A DNA stretch of 64,000 nt, taken from Flavobacteriaceae bacterium (lineage in GTDB: Bacteria > Bacteroidota > Bacteroidia > Flavobacteriales > Flavobacteriaceae). Every line of letters starts with the position of its first letter. Position 1 is the stretch's first letter. A program made the position numbers and the translations under genes. Below, in pieces: positions 1 to 9,540 of this stretch. The stretch covers positions 153,114 through 217,113 of the forward strand of contig JBMYVY010000001.1 in assembly GCA_049606855.1 (NCBI GenBank), written 5' to 3'. Below the pieces are notes generated by a model. That model was not told the DNA's origin. It worked only from the letters and a program-made list of their open reading frames with translations, and ran no database searches.

Positions 1-293
1 TTTATGGAGCGGGAATGCCTTATTATCCTGGATATTTTGGTGGCGGTTACTATGCAGGAGGATTTTATGGGTATTATGGTTCATTTTATACTCCAAGTTA
101 CAATTATAGCTCAGTTACTCAGGTAAATAAAAAATACATTTTAGAGACGGTGGTTTACGATTTGTCCAGAGATACAGACAATCAAATGGTGGGAGCAATC
201 ACTTTATCCGTCGACAACCCGACAACTCTTGGGGCAAGTTCAAAAGAAGTTTCCCAGAGGTTAACAAGAGAATTGACAAAAAAAGTGCAATAA
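1..293 (+). CDS. C-terminal part of a secreted/lipoprotein-like protein (DUF4136-like); 5' end lies outside the window
   Basis: Frame 3 is open from nt 3 (YGAG precedes the first Met at 15), so the gene starts upstream of the window. A Tyr/Gly-rich stretch (PYYPGYFGGGYYAGGFYGYYGSFY) is followed by KKYILETVVYDLSRDTDNQMVGAITLSV. This resembles the C-terminal core of DUF4136 lipoproteins. The family call is from memory only. Confidence 0.5.
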   Translation, partial: YGAGMPYYPGYFGGGYYAGGFYGYYGSFYTPSYNYSSVTQVNKKYILETVVYDLSRDTDNQMVGAITLSVDNPTTLGASSKEVSQRLTRELTKKVQ

Positions 294-324
294 AAATTTT
301 ATATTTAAGAATATCCAATTGAAT

Positions 325-2646
325 ATGTATAGAATCTCATTAATACTGATGCTTTTTGTCAGTGTTGTATCAGCTCAGGACAAAACCCTTGATATTTCTG
401 TTTTAGTTGATCAACGAATTGACAAATCGAATCACACCCAAGAGGAGTTTATGAAAGAAATTCGAAACGTTATTTCGAATGACTATGAAATCAAATTAAA
501 TTATATTCTCGAGAATGGATTTAATCTTAAAGAAGCAAAAGAAAATTACCAATATTTAGAGCAACAGAATCAAGATGTCATCATCGTATTTGGAGTTGTT
601 AATAATTTGATGATTTATCAAACCAATCCTGAATTTCATACTCCAACGATAGTTTTTGGTAGTGTTAACAGTGACTTTGTTCCAATTGATACGAGAACAA
701 CTTCTGAGATTCACAACTTAAATTATTTAATTACTCCGGTTTCATATAGAGCAGATCTGAATGAATTCTTTGAGCTATACGAATACAAGAGAATTGCAAT
801 TCTAATTGACGCCTATAAACTGGATATCTTGCCCATTAACGATTTGATTGAATCAATCATGATTGATCTAGGTGCTCATTATGAAATTGTTCCGGTAGAC
901 GAGAACTTTGTTGCAGAAGGAGATTTAAGCTCTTATGACGCCATTTATCTCGGTGCAGGAAATGGTCTACCAGACGAAGATCATTTAGAATTGATAAAAA
1001 AGGTGAATAGTTATAATGTTCCTTCGTTTTCTGCATTTGGTAAAAGAGACGTAGAATTAGGTATTATGGCCTCAAATCAAAGTGAGTCTAATATTAAACA
1101 GATTTATAGAAGAATTGCCCTGAATATTGAAAAAATCTTTGAAAATGGGGAGGACCCTGGAGATTTAAATGTTCATATAGATTACACCAAAGGATTGTCA
1201 ATAAACTTTAATACCGCTGAAAAGGTTGGATTAGGAATTAAATATAATCTGATATCAGAAACCGATTTTGTAGGGGACTTTAATATTATTAATAGTGATA
1301 ATAATTACACCTTGACTGATGTAGTTAGTTTGACCCTAGAGAATAATTTAGGGTTAAAGGCAGCGGAGCAGAGTGTATTAATTTCTGGTCAGGATCTGAA
1401 AACAGCCTGGTCAAACTATTTCCCTAATCTTGTTGTAGGGGCCACGGGTTCCTATGTGGATCCAAATTTAGTAAGTGCTGTGCCAGGGTTTTATCAAGAA
1501 TATAGTGTTTCAGGTCTAGTGCAATTGGATCAGACAGTTTATTCTCAAGATCTTACGGCTTTAATTAAGATTAATAAGCTCCTAAAGCAAGCTGAGCAAG
1601 CAAATTTCAACACTTCCACACTAGATGCCGTTAAGGACATTACCAATGTTTATTTCAATTGTTTGGTGCTCAAAACCAATGTGATTATTCAGGCAAAAAA
1701 TTTAGATGTTACTCGTGAGAATTTAAAAATTGCTACTCAAAACTTTGAAGCCGGATATCAAGGTAAAACAGATTTATTGAGATTTACTTCAGAAAAAGCT
1801 CAGAATACTCAGGTTTTGGTTGAATCGAGAAATCAACTGTATCAAAGTTATAATTTGATGAATCAAATTTTAAATCAAGATATTTCTACCAAGATTGACA
1901 TTCAGGATGTTAGCTTAGAGGATGAGTCTTTTGAACAGTATCATTACAACAGTTTTATTGAAATACTCAATCAGCCTAATATGCAGCCTATTTTTACTAA
2001 ATTTCTAGTTAGCGAAGGGTTGAAAAATGCTCCAGAATTGAAATCAATTGGTTTTAATGAGGAGGCTTTGGATAAGCAAATTAGTTTGAATGGAATTGGT
2101 CGTGTAGTTCCAACTTTGGGTCTTCAAGCTCAGTATAATGACAATATAGAACAATGGGGGCAAGGAAGTGACTTAGCAGTTTTACCCAATAATTACAATG
2201 TAGGATTGAATTTAAGCATTCCAATTTTTGGGCAAAATAGAAGAAATATCGACCGAAAAACAGCAATGATCCAAAAGGACCAAATAAATTTCGATAAAGA
2301 AAATTTTGAATTGGATTTAGAGCGTCGCATCAATGATGCTGTTTTAACTATGGTCAATGAAATTGTCAATATAGAGCTTTCTAAAGTTTCAGAGGAATCT
2401 GCTCAAGAAGGACTTGAACTGACTCAAACTTCATATACTGAAGGAGCAGTGAATATCGCCCAGCTTATTGATGCCCAAAGAAACTATTTAGAGGCTCAAC
2501 TTTCGAGAGCTTCTGCCATATATAACTATCTAATCGCAACATTGAATATGGAACGTGAAATTGGTTATTTCTTCTTGCTACATAGCCCAGAAGAAAATCA
2601 AGCCTTTTTTGATCGTTTTAACCAATTTATACTTGAAAACAACTAA
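325..2646 (+). CDS. TolC-family outer membrane efflux protein with a ~300-aa N-terminal periplasmic-binding-protein-like extension
   Basis: The ORF opens at TTG 319, but ATG 325 gives a clean signal peptide (MYRISLILMLFVSVVSA/QD). The part from about nt 1303 onward (YTLTDVVSLTLENNLGLKAAEQ ... AQLIDAQRNYLEAQL) is a typical two-repeat TolC/OEP protein. Residues ~22-325 are an extra alpha/beta domain. It is the first gene of an OMF-MFP-RND operon. Confidence 0.85.
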   Translation: MYRISLILMLFVSVVSAQDKTLDISVLVDQRIDKSNHTQEEFMKEIRNVISNDYEIKLNYILENGFNLKEAKENYQYLEQQNQDVIIVFGVVNNLMIYQTNPEFHTPTIVFGSVNSDFVPIDTRTTSEIHNLNYLITPVSYRADLNEFFELYEYKRIAILIDAYKLDILPINDLIESIMIDLGAHYEIVPVDENFVAEGDLSSYDAIYLGAGNGLPDEDHLELIKKVNSYNVPSFSAFGKRDVELGIMASNQSESNIKQIYRRIALNIEKIFENGEDPGDLNVHIDYTKGLSINFNTAEKVGLGIKYNLISETDFVGDFNIINSDNNYTLTDVVSLTLENNLGLKAAEQSVLISGQDLKTAWSNYFPNLVVGATGSYVDPNLVSAVPGFYQEYSVSGLVQLDQTVYSQDLTALIKINKLLKQAEQANFNTSTLDAVKDITNVYFNCLVLKTNVIIQAKNLDVTRENLKIATQNFEAGYQGKTDLLRFTSEKAQNTQVLVESRNQLYQSYNLMNQILNQDISTKIDIQDVSLEDESFEQYHYNSFIEILNQPNMQPIFTKFLVSEGLKNAPELKSIGFNEEALDKQISLNGIGRVVPTLGLQAQYNDNIEQWGQGSDLAVLPNNYNVGLNLSIPIFGQNRRNIDRKTAMIQKDQINFDKENFELDLERRINDAVLTMVNEIVNIELSKVSEESAQEGLELTQTSYTEGAVNIAQLIDAQRNYLEAQLSRASAIYNYLIATLNMEREIGYFFLLHSPEENQAFFDRFNQFILENN

Positions 2647-2648
2647 TT

Positions 2649-3737
2649 ATGACTAGAATACTATTTGTTTTATTAATGAGCTTAGCAGTAATAAGCTGCG
2701 GAAATAAGAAAGAACAACCCGAACCGGTTTTAAGACCCGTTAATTACACTCAGGTTCAAGATTTAGACCTTGAAAATTCAAGAGTTTTCACGGGAACTTC
2801 AAGAGCGAATGAAATAATTAATTTAAGTTTCAGAAATAATGGTATTATTACTTATTTCAATTTGAAACTCGGTCAGCGTGTTACAAAGGGAGAGCTTTTA
2901 GCTCGTTTAGATAATGTTCAGGCGAAATTAAATTATGAAAGTGCACTTTCTAGTCAAAATAGTGCAGCTTCAGAAATGAATACCGCTAAATTGAATTTGG
3001 ATCGTGTTAGAGCTCTATATGAAAAAGGGAGTTCATCATTAAGTGATTATGAAAATGCAAAGAACTCCTATTTAACCGCTAAGGGAAGTTACGAGTCTAG
3101 TCAACGTAGTGTAGATATTCAAAAGGATCAAATTACTTATGGTTTTCTATATGCTCCAACAAATGGACAGATTTCAAGTATTAGTGCTGAAATTAATGAA
3201 AATGTTAGTTCTGGTCAGATTGTCGGGGTTTTGAATGCTGATGGAAGAAAAGAAATTAGTTTAGGAATACCAGAGAGTGTAATTAACATGTTAACTGTAG
3301 GCCAAAAGGTTAAGGTTACGTTTTCAGCTCTTCCTACTAAAAATTATGAAGGTGAGGTTACTGAGGTTGCACCAGCCGTTGATATAAACACAGCAACTTA
3401 TCCAGTGAAAATAGGAATGATAGGTTCGACTTCGGACATAAGATCAGGAATGTCAGCATCAGTTGAATTTAATTTTGACCCAGATCAAGATAAAAGTGAA
3501 GGTGTTCTTGGTGTTCCTTCTACCTCTGTAGGTGAAGATCATAAAGGAAATTTTGTTTTCTTGTTAACAGACGTTTCCGAAAATTCAGCTGTAGTTAAGA
3601 AAACCGAGGTAGTCATAGGTAGTATACAATCAAATGGTTTTGAGATTAAATCTGGACTTAAAAAGGGAGATTTAGTTGTTACCGCAGGGCTTCAAACCTT
3701 GCTTGATGGTCAAAAAGTAAAACTAGCGAAACAATAG
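2649..3737 (+). CDS. efflux RND transporter periplasmic adaptor subunit (HlyD/MFP family lipoprotein)
   Basis: It has a lipoprotein signal (LAVISC/GNKK) and a coiled-coil hairpin region rich in A/L/N/S, followed by beta-barrel segments typical of MFP adaptors. It lies 2 nt after the OMF gene and 3 nt before the RND pump. Confidence 0.9.
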   Translation: MTRILFVLLMSLAVISCGNKKEQPEPVLRPVNYTQVQDLDLENSRVFTGTSRANEIINLSFRNNGIITYFNLKLGQRVTKGELLARLDNVQAKLNYESALSSQNSAASEMNTAKLNLDRVRALYEKGSSSLSDYENAKNSYLTAKGSYESSQRSVDIQKDQITYGFLYAPTNGQISSISAEINENVSSGQIVGVLNADGRKEISLGIPESVINMLTVGQKVKVTFSALPTKNYEGEVTEVAPAVDINTATYPVKIGMIGSTSDIRSGMSASVEFNFDPDQDKSEGVLGVPSTSVGEDHKGNFVFLLTDVSENSAVVKKTEVVIGSIQSNGFEIKSGLKKGDLVVTAGLQTLLDGQKVKLAKQ

Positions 3738-3740
3738 ACT

Positions 3741-6700
3741 ATGGGGTTAACAAAATTTTCAATAGAAAAGAATAGGATATCTCTAACGTTACTCTTCGTT
3801 GTTGTAGTAATGGGGCTTAGTGTTTATCAGAGCCTTTCAAGAGATTCTATGCCACCCTATACAGTTCGTGTGGCAACCATTGTTACTCAATTTCCAGGTG
3901 CAAGTCCTGAACGGGTGGAGTTGTTAGTAACTGACAAGATTGAAAAAGTTGCTCAAGAATTACCGGAATTAAAAGAATTGAGTTCTACTTCTAGAACAGG
4001 TATATCCATAGTCAATGTAACCTTAGTTGATCAAGTTAGACCAGAAAATTTGCAAGAAGTTTGGGATCGTCTTAGAAGAAAACTAGACGACATGAAAGAC
4101 TTACCCAAAGACATAGAGCCGTATTTAGATGATGAAGGTATTGGAGAAGTTTATGGTATTGTTTTAGGACTTACATCTGATGGGTATTCTTATGCTGACA
4201 TGAAGGATGTTGCGGATGATTTACGAGATGATTTAATCAAGTTAGATAATGCTGCAAAGGTTGAAATTGGAGGAATACAGGATGAAAGAATTTTTGTAGA
4301 GTTTGATAATGCCCGATTGAGCAGTTATGGTCTTACTTCTCAGAAATTACAAAGTATTATTAACAGCACAAATATTTTGAGTTCAGGTGGTCAAATTAAC
4401 TTGGAGTCAGAACGAATTATACTTGAGCCAACCGGTAATTATAATTCTGTAAAGGATATTGAAAACACATTAGTTCCTGTTGGAGATGGGTCTGAAGTAG
4501 TTTATTTGAAGGATATTACAAAAATCCAGAAAGGGTATATTGAGCCTGCAGAGCAAATTGTTGAGGTTAATGGTAAAAGAGCCATCTCACTTCACGTAAC
4601 CTTGAAAGAAGGTGCTAATATTGTGAAGTTAGGGGAAGAGGTCAATATAGTAGCAGAATACTGGAAGGAAAGACTACCTATAGGATTAGAACTTCAAAGA
4701 TTATCATCCTTAGATGTTTATGTTGATAATAGTATCAAAAATTTTATTTCAAACCTAATACAATCTATAGTCATTGTGTTACTGGTAATGCTTATATTCC
4801 TTGGGGTTAGAACCGGGAGTATTATTGCCTCTCTTATTCCAATTGTTACCATAACAACGCTAATGATTATGGGCTTACTGAATATTGGTTTAAACCAAGT
4901 AACCTTGGCAGCCTTAATTATGGCACTCGGGATGATGGTTGATAATGGAATAGTTGTGGTTGAATCCATAATGGTTAAAATGGAACAAGGAATCGATGTT
5001 AAAAAGGCAGCAATTGATTCCGGTAAAGAATTATTTACTCCACTTTTAATATCAACATTAACTACTTCTGCAGCATTCTTGGCTTTCTTTATGGCTGAGT
5101 CTGTAATGGGTGATATTACAGGACCAATATTTGTGGTGATTTCAATTGCCTTATTAAGTTCATGGATAATTTCGTTATCGATCATAACGCTTTTCTGTTA
5201 TTTGTTTTTACAAGTACAATTAAAGGCTGAACCAAGTTTTATTGATCGACTAATTGATCGACTTAAGGTGCTTTATAAAGATTTAATTGTAAAATCTCTG
5301 CACAGTAGAGTCAAAGTGCTCTCCTTTATTTTTGTCATGTTTTTTGTGTCCTTATTTGGGTTTAAGTTTATTGCCTTTGTGTTCTTTGCAGATTCAGATA
5401 GAAATATGATAACGATCGATATCAACCTTCCTCAGGGGACTAAAATTGAGTCTACAAAGGATTTGGTTAATCAGATTGATAGATTTATGCAGGATTCTCT
5501 GCAAGTAAACGAAACTAGAACAGATGGAATTAATGATTGGTCATCTTATATAGGAAAAGGGCCCGAATCTTATGATTTAGGTTACAGTCCTGATGAAGCT
5601 AATTCAAGTTATGCCCATGTCCTTGTAAATACTTCAGATTTTTCTCAAAACAAGAGAATGATTGAAATCTTAGATGCATATTGTTTTTTGAATTTCCCAG
5701 ATGCCGATATCAAGGTTGGTCCTTTAGGAGCGGGCGGGAGTGGTACTCCAATAGAAATTAAAATTCAAGGAGAAGAACCTGATATCTTAGCGCAATTATC
5801 TGAGCAAGTAAAAGGAAAGTTGGTTCAAATTTATGGAACTAAGAATGTAAAAGATGATTGGGGGCCAAAATCCAAGAAGTTTGTGATTTTAATTGATCAA
5901 TCATTGGCTCAATCAGCAGGAGTAACCAATCAAGATATAGCCACGTCATTACAAACGGTTTTGGACGGGTTTAATACGGGTGCATATAGGGAAGAAGATA
6001 AGTCTATTCCTATTGTTATGCGTTCAAACGAATCACAACAATTGAGTTTAGAAGCTCTAGAAACTTTAAATATCTATGCTCAAAATTCAGGTTCTAGTGT
6101 TCCGCTGGCACAGGTAGCGAGAATTGTTCCTCAATGGCAATATGCCATGATTAGAAGGTTTGATATAGATAGAACAATTAATGTTTCAAGTGAAATAACA
6201 ACGGACGGTAACACCTCTGCGATTATGAAAGAAGTATTGCCTTGGTTAGATGAAGAAAAGAAGTCTTGGCCCGACGGTTATGATTATGTTTTGGGTGGAG
6301 ATGCAAAAAACACCTCGGAAAATATGGGAGCAGTAATTAATTATCTACCTCTCTCAGGTTTTATTATTCTGTTTTTACTCATTGTTCAGTTTAATTCATT
6401 CAGAAAGACTGTAATCGTAATAACCACTATACCACTAGGTGTAATAGGGGTTGTAATAGGGCTTTTAGTATTTAATCAGCCGTTTGGGTTTATGCCGTTC
6501 TTGGGTGTAATCTCACTTGCGGGAATTGTTATTAATAATGCAATCGTTTTAATTGATAGAATTCAAATAGAAGAGGAGGAGCGGAGTAGTAGACAAGATG
6601 CTGTAATTATGGCATGTTTACAAAGATTCCGACCGATTCTATTGGCAACCTTTACAACAGTTCTTGGTATGATTCCATTGTACTTGAGTGGAGGAGCGAT

Positions 6701-6851
6701 GTGGGAAGGTATGGCAGTAAGCATTATGGTTGGATTATTATTTGGTACCATAATCACACTTGTTTTTGTTCCAAGTTTATATTCTGTATTCTATAAGATT
6801 AGTTACAAAGGCTATGAATTTAACGATGCTTTGTTAAAGGAAACTGATTAG
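3741..6851 (+). CDS. efflux RND transporter permease subunit (AcrB/AcrD/AcrF family)
   Basis: The 1036-aa product has 12-TM RND architecture with two large periplasmic loops. TM4/TM10-type motifs are present (ALGMMVDNGIVVVE, LAGIVINNAIVLIDR). Confidence 0.95.
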   Translation: MGLTKFSIEKNRISLTLLFVVVVMGLSVYQSLSRDSMPPYTVRVATIVTQFPGASPERVELLVTDKIEKVAQELPELKELSSTSRTGISIVNVTLVDQVRPENLQEVWDRLRRKLDDMKDLPKDIEPYLDDEGIGEVYGIVLGLTSDGYSYADMKDVADDLRDDLIKLDNAAKVEIGGIQDERIFVEFDNARLSSYGLTSQKLQSIINSTNILSSGGQINLESERIILEPTGNYNSVKDIENTLVPVGDGSEVVYLKDITKIQKGYIEPAEQIVEVNGKRAISLHVTLKEGANIVKLGEEVNIVAEYWKERLPIGLELQRLSSLDVYVDNSIKNFISNLIQSIVIVLLVMLIFLGVRTGSIIASLIPIVTITTLMIMGLLNIGLNQVTLAALIMALGMMVDNGIVVVESIMVKMEQGIDVKKAAIDSGKELFTPLLISTLTTSAAFLAFFMAESVMGDITGPIFVVISIALLSSWIISLSIITLFCYLFLQVQLKAEPSFIDRLIDRLKVLYKDLIVKSLHSRVKVLSFIFVMFFVSLFGFKFIAFVFFADSDRNMITIDINLPQGTKIESTKDLVNQIDRFMQDSLQVNETRTDGINDWSSYIGKGPESYDLGYSPDEANSSYAHVLVNTSDFSQNKRMIEILDAYCFLNFPDADIKVGPLGAGGSGTPIEIKIQGEEPDILAQLSEQVKGKLVQIYGTKNVKDDWGPKSKKFVILIDQSLAQSAGVTNQDIATSLQTVLDGFNTGAYREEDKSIPIVMRSNESQQLSLEALETLNIYAQNSGSSVPLAQVARIVPQWQYAMIRRFDIDRTINVSSEITTDGNTSAIMKEVLPWLDEEKKSWPDGYDYVLGGDAKNTSENMGAVINYLPLSGFIILFLLIVQFNSFRKTVIVITTIPLGVIGVVIGLLVFNQPFGFMPFLGVISLAGIVINNAIVLIDRIQIEEEERSSRQDAVIMACLQRFRPILLATFTTVLGMIPLYLSGGAMWEGMAVSIMVGLLFGTIITLVFVPSLYSVFYKISYKGYEFNDALLKETD

Positions 6852-6854
6852 ATT

Positions 6855-7538
6855 TTGAAAAAACTTTATCCTTATAGATTTGAACTATTATTAATAAGTC
6901 AATTATTGATCTTATTTGGGGCATTGATTTTCGGAGCTTCAATTTATGATCGATGGATAAGTCCTTTTGTTTTTCAGTTAAACTTTTTCGTTGCACTTAT
7001 AATGCTTCAAAAAAGAAAGAAACTTAGAAACTTTATGGGCTTTTTAGTAGTTATTACGACGTTTTTACTCGGTACAGTATTTCTAGATGATGATTCAGAC
7101 AATACAATTTGGATTATTCGAACATTTATCTATCTGATATTCTACATCATAGTTACATTAGAGGTCATCGTTCAAGTTTGGAGAATAAAAAAGATTGGCC
7201 TGAATTCATTAATGGGAATGATTTCAGGTTATATTAGTTTGGGTTTAGTCGGTTTCCTATTCCTCAGTTTGATTTACGCAATGGATTATGAATCATTTAG
7301 TAATATTGGGAACGAAACAATGCACGATCTATTGGTTGTAAAGGAACGATTAATGTACTTTAGCTTTATTACATTACTTACCATTGGATATGGAGATATT
7401 GCTCCAGTAAGTATGTTAGCTCAAAAACTTACAATATTGATTGGTCTGTCAGGCCAATTATACCTGACAATTATTACGGCCATTGTGGTAGGTAAATTTT
7501 TAAATCAGCATGGAGAAGTAGTAGAAGAGGAGTTATAA
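6855..7538 (+). CDS. potassium channel family protein (pore-loop TxGYGD)
   Basis: It carries the K+ selectivity-filter signature TLLTIGYGDIAP, flanked by hydrophobic helices, with several N-terminal TM segments. The only in-frame start near the 5' end is TTG 6855, 3 nt after the RND pump stop. Confidence 0.8.
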   Translation: MKKLYPYRFELLLISQLLILFGALIFGASIYDRWISPFVFQLNFFVALIMLQKRKKLRNFMGFLVVITTFLLGTVFLDDDSDNTIWIIRTFIYLIFYIIVTLEVIVQVWRIKKIGLNSLMGMISGYISLGLVGFLFLSLIYAMDYESFSNIGNETMHDLLVVKERLMYFSFITLLTIGYGDIAPVSMLAQKLTILIGLSGQLYLTIITAIVVGKFLNQHGEVVEEEL

Positions 7539-9539
7539 TTAAAAACGTCTTCCACCACCACCTCTTATGGCACCTCTGCTGGTTCGAGGTTGCATTTGTC
7601 TTGTTTGATAGGATCTTTCAAAGGAACTTCTATTGAAATTCTGCCTATTATTTACGGACTGATTAGAGTTTGGTCGCGTCCAGTTTCCGTTATTGTTTCT
7701 TTTGTAAACATTACCGTTTCTATCGGTATAAATATTATTTGGTTTAGTGGAGCGATTTAAATTGGAATTGTTAACGCGGTTATATGTGCTTCGTTGAATT
7801 CCATTAGGTCGAGTTTTGTAAATATTACTTTGTTGACGTCCTTTTATATAACCGTTCGCATAACCTCTATTATAACCGTGATAATAACCATGATTATATC
7901 CGTGATAATAGCCATGTCTATAACCATAGCGATATCCGGCAGGGCCCCAATAATAGGGACTGTGAAAAGCACTTACGGTCATCCATCCATAAGAAACTCC
8001 AAAAGTGAATCCCCATCCTGTATAAGGATTATAATGAACGCCGAAACCATAAGTTACGGGCCTTGGGTAATAATAGGGTCCATACCATGGATTGTAATAA
8101 TACCCAGTTCCATAAACAACTACCCCGTTATACACGTAAGAATTAAAGTATCCGGGAGTATAACCAACATATACTACATCCGGTGTGGAATCATAAATAT
8201 ATACGTATTTGACATTGTATACCGGAGAACTCGGTGGTATCGAAGCAACTTCCTCCGGTCTTTTATCAGAGACTTTCCAAGGTCCTTTTGGTTTTTTGGC
8301 TTCAAACCAAATCCCTTGATCAACACAATAAAATTTCCCATTAACCTCTATCACAGAACTGCTGGTGTTGATTGCGTAAGCCACTTCAGTTCCTTCAATT
8401 TGTTTGAATTTTGGATCGCCATCATAATGAACTTCACAAGTTGCTGTAGCACGGTCAACAATTGCCGTTTGTGGGACATATTGCGACTCAATTGCCTCTT
8501 CAGCTTCTTCCGTACCGGGAATACTTACTCTAACTTCAGAAATCGCACTATCTTGACCAATATTCTTGAATGTACCAGGAAGTTCATCGGGTTTTACAAA
8601 ACTCCACGAATCGGACTTAAGAGTCTTTGATTTATACCAGCGACCATTTATCAATACATAATGATTTTGGTCATCGATATCTAATATAACATCAGACTCC
8701 GTGTTTTTGACATAAAGCAACTGTGTATTTGAAACGGGTTCGTATTCAAAATCACCCTCACTAACTATAAGTTCACTGGGTGTATCGACCACCAAAATGG
8801 CATCAATTTTCTTTGTAGTCGATGTATCTTTAACCACACGATCTTCGCTGAATTTTTCAATTTTTTTGGGTGCCTTACCAACCTTTTTCCAGCTACTCCC
8901 CAAAACCTCCTTTGATTCATACCAAGTTGAACCACCCTTCAAATAATACTTGTCTTTATTCTGTGCGATAAAGAACATCGAGTTTTGTAAGTAGCTTACA
9001 CCTGATTCTTCATCAGTTTTAAATACGGGTTTACCATCTATCAAAACCAACATGGTTGGTTTCTTTTCGACAAAAATTTCAGGAGCTTCGGTGGATAAAT
9101 CTTTTGAAGACTCTTTTACTTGTTGACTTAAATCCACATTAGCTTTAATTTGACTGAGCGGGACAGTCATCGTTGAAGCTTCAATTTTTGTAGTCAACTG
9201 GTTTATCAGGGTATTGATATCCTCCTCGTTCTTGGAATCAGGAGGGAATTTAATGTTTTTTATGTTTATTGAAATTAAGCTAACAGTATCCTCATCATAA
9301 TCACTCAATATTTCTGCGCTAAAGAACATTGCTCCAAATAATGGAGTTTGATCGGTTGCCTTTATAGACAAAGCTAATCTACCCGTTAATTTATTATCAG
9401 TTAAGCTGTCTAATTGTGGTTGGTAAAGTGTGATTTCTTGGTCACCTATTTTGGTTTCTCGCGGCCAAGTACTCTCATCTTGAGCGAAAGTAACCCCTGA
9501 AATCATTACAAATACTATTAAAATTAGACGCTTTATCAT
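7539..9539 (-). CDS. secreted protein of unknown function with three internal W-[YF]-x-[SA]-K repeats and a 227-aa Tyr/Gly/His then Asn/Arg low-complexity tail
   Basis: Signal peptide MIKRLILIVFVMISGVTFA/QD. It is the last gene of a 3-gene minus-strand operon, with a 1-nt gap from the upstream protease gene. I recognise no catalytic motif. Confidence 0.8.
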   Translation of the reverse strand: MIKRLILIVFVMISGVTFAQDESTWPRETKIGDQEITLYQPQLDSLTDNKLTGRLALSIKATDQTPLFGAMFFSAEILSDYDEDTVSLISINIKNIKFPPDSKNEEDINTLINQLTTKIEASTMTVPLSQIKANVDLSQQVKESSKDLSTEAPEIFVEKKPTMLVLIDGKPVFKTDEESGVSYLQNSMFFIAQNKDKYYLKGGSTWYESKEVLGSSWKKVGKAPKKIEKFSEDRVVKDTSTTKKIDAILVVDTPSELIVSEGDFEYEPVSNTQLLYVKNTESDVILDIDDQNHYVLINGRWYKSKTLKSDSWSFVKPDELPGTFKNIGQDSAISEVRVSIPGTEEAEEAIESQYVPQTAIVDRATATCEVHYDGDPKFKQIEGTEVAYAINTSSSVIEVNGKFYCVDQGIWFEAKKPKGPWKVSDKRPEEVASIPPSSPVYNVKYVYIYDSTPDVVYVGYTPGYFNSYVYNGVVVYGTGYYYNPWYGPYYYPRPVTYGFGVHYNPYTGWGFTFGVSYGWMTVSAFHSPYYWGPAGYRYGYRHGYYHGYNHGYYHGYNRGYANGYIKGRQQSNIYKTRPNGIQRSTYNRVNNSNLNRSTKPNNIYTDRNGNVYKRNNNGNWTRPNSNQSVNNRQNFNRSSFERSYQTRQMQPRTSRGAIRGGGGRRF

Positions 9540-9540
9540 A

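Noticed and set aside
4718-5185. A 155-aa antisense ORF inside the first RND pump gene. Similar 60-140-aa antisense or off-frame ORFs occur at 2081-2266, 6563-6796, 9821-10048, 13682-14563, 15275-15550, 17321-17737, 24853-25161, 31791-32025, 32502-32905, 39464-40129, 43159-43815, 49196-50744, 51730-52149, 56067-56273, 58427-58685, 59323-59646, 61098-61364 and 62582-63882.
   Set aside because: All are fully embedded in long ORFs with strong family signatures on the other strand or frame. Their translations are low-complexity or hydrophobic mirror images. No independent evidence supports them.
7794-8630. A 278-aa ORF on the plus strand, antisense to the 666-aa gene.
   Set aside because: Its translation is Ile/Ser/Thr/Asn-rich nonsense. 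It arises because the Tyr/Gly/Asn codons (TAT, GGT, AAT) of the real gene lack stop codons in the antisense frame. It has no start context or motifs, and the minus-strand gene has a signal peptide and operon context.
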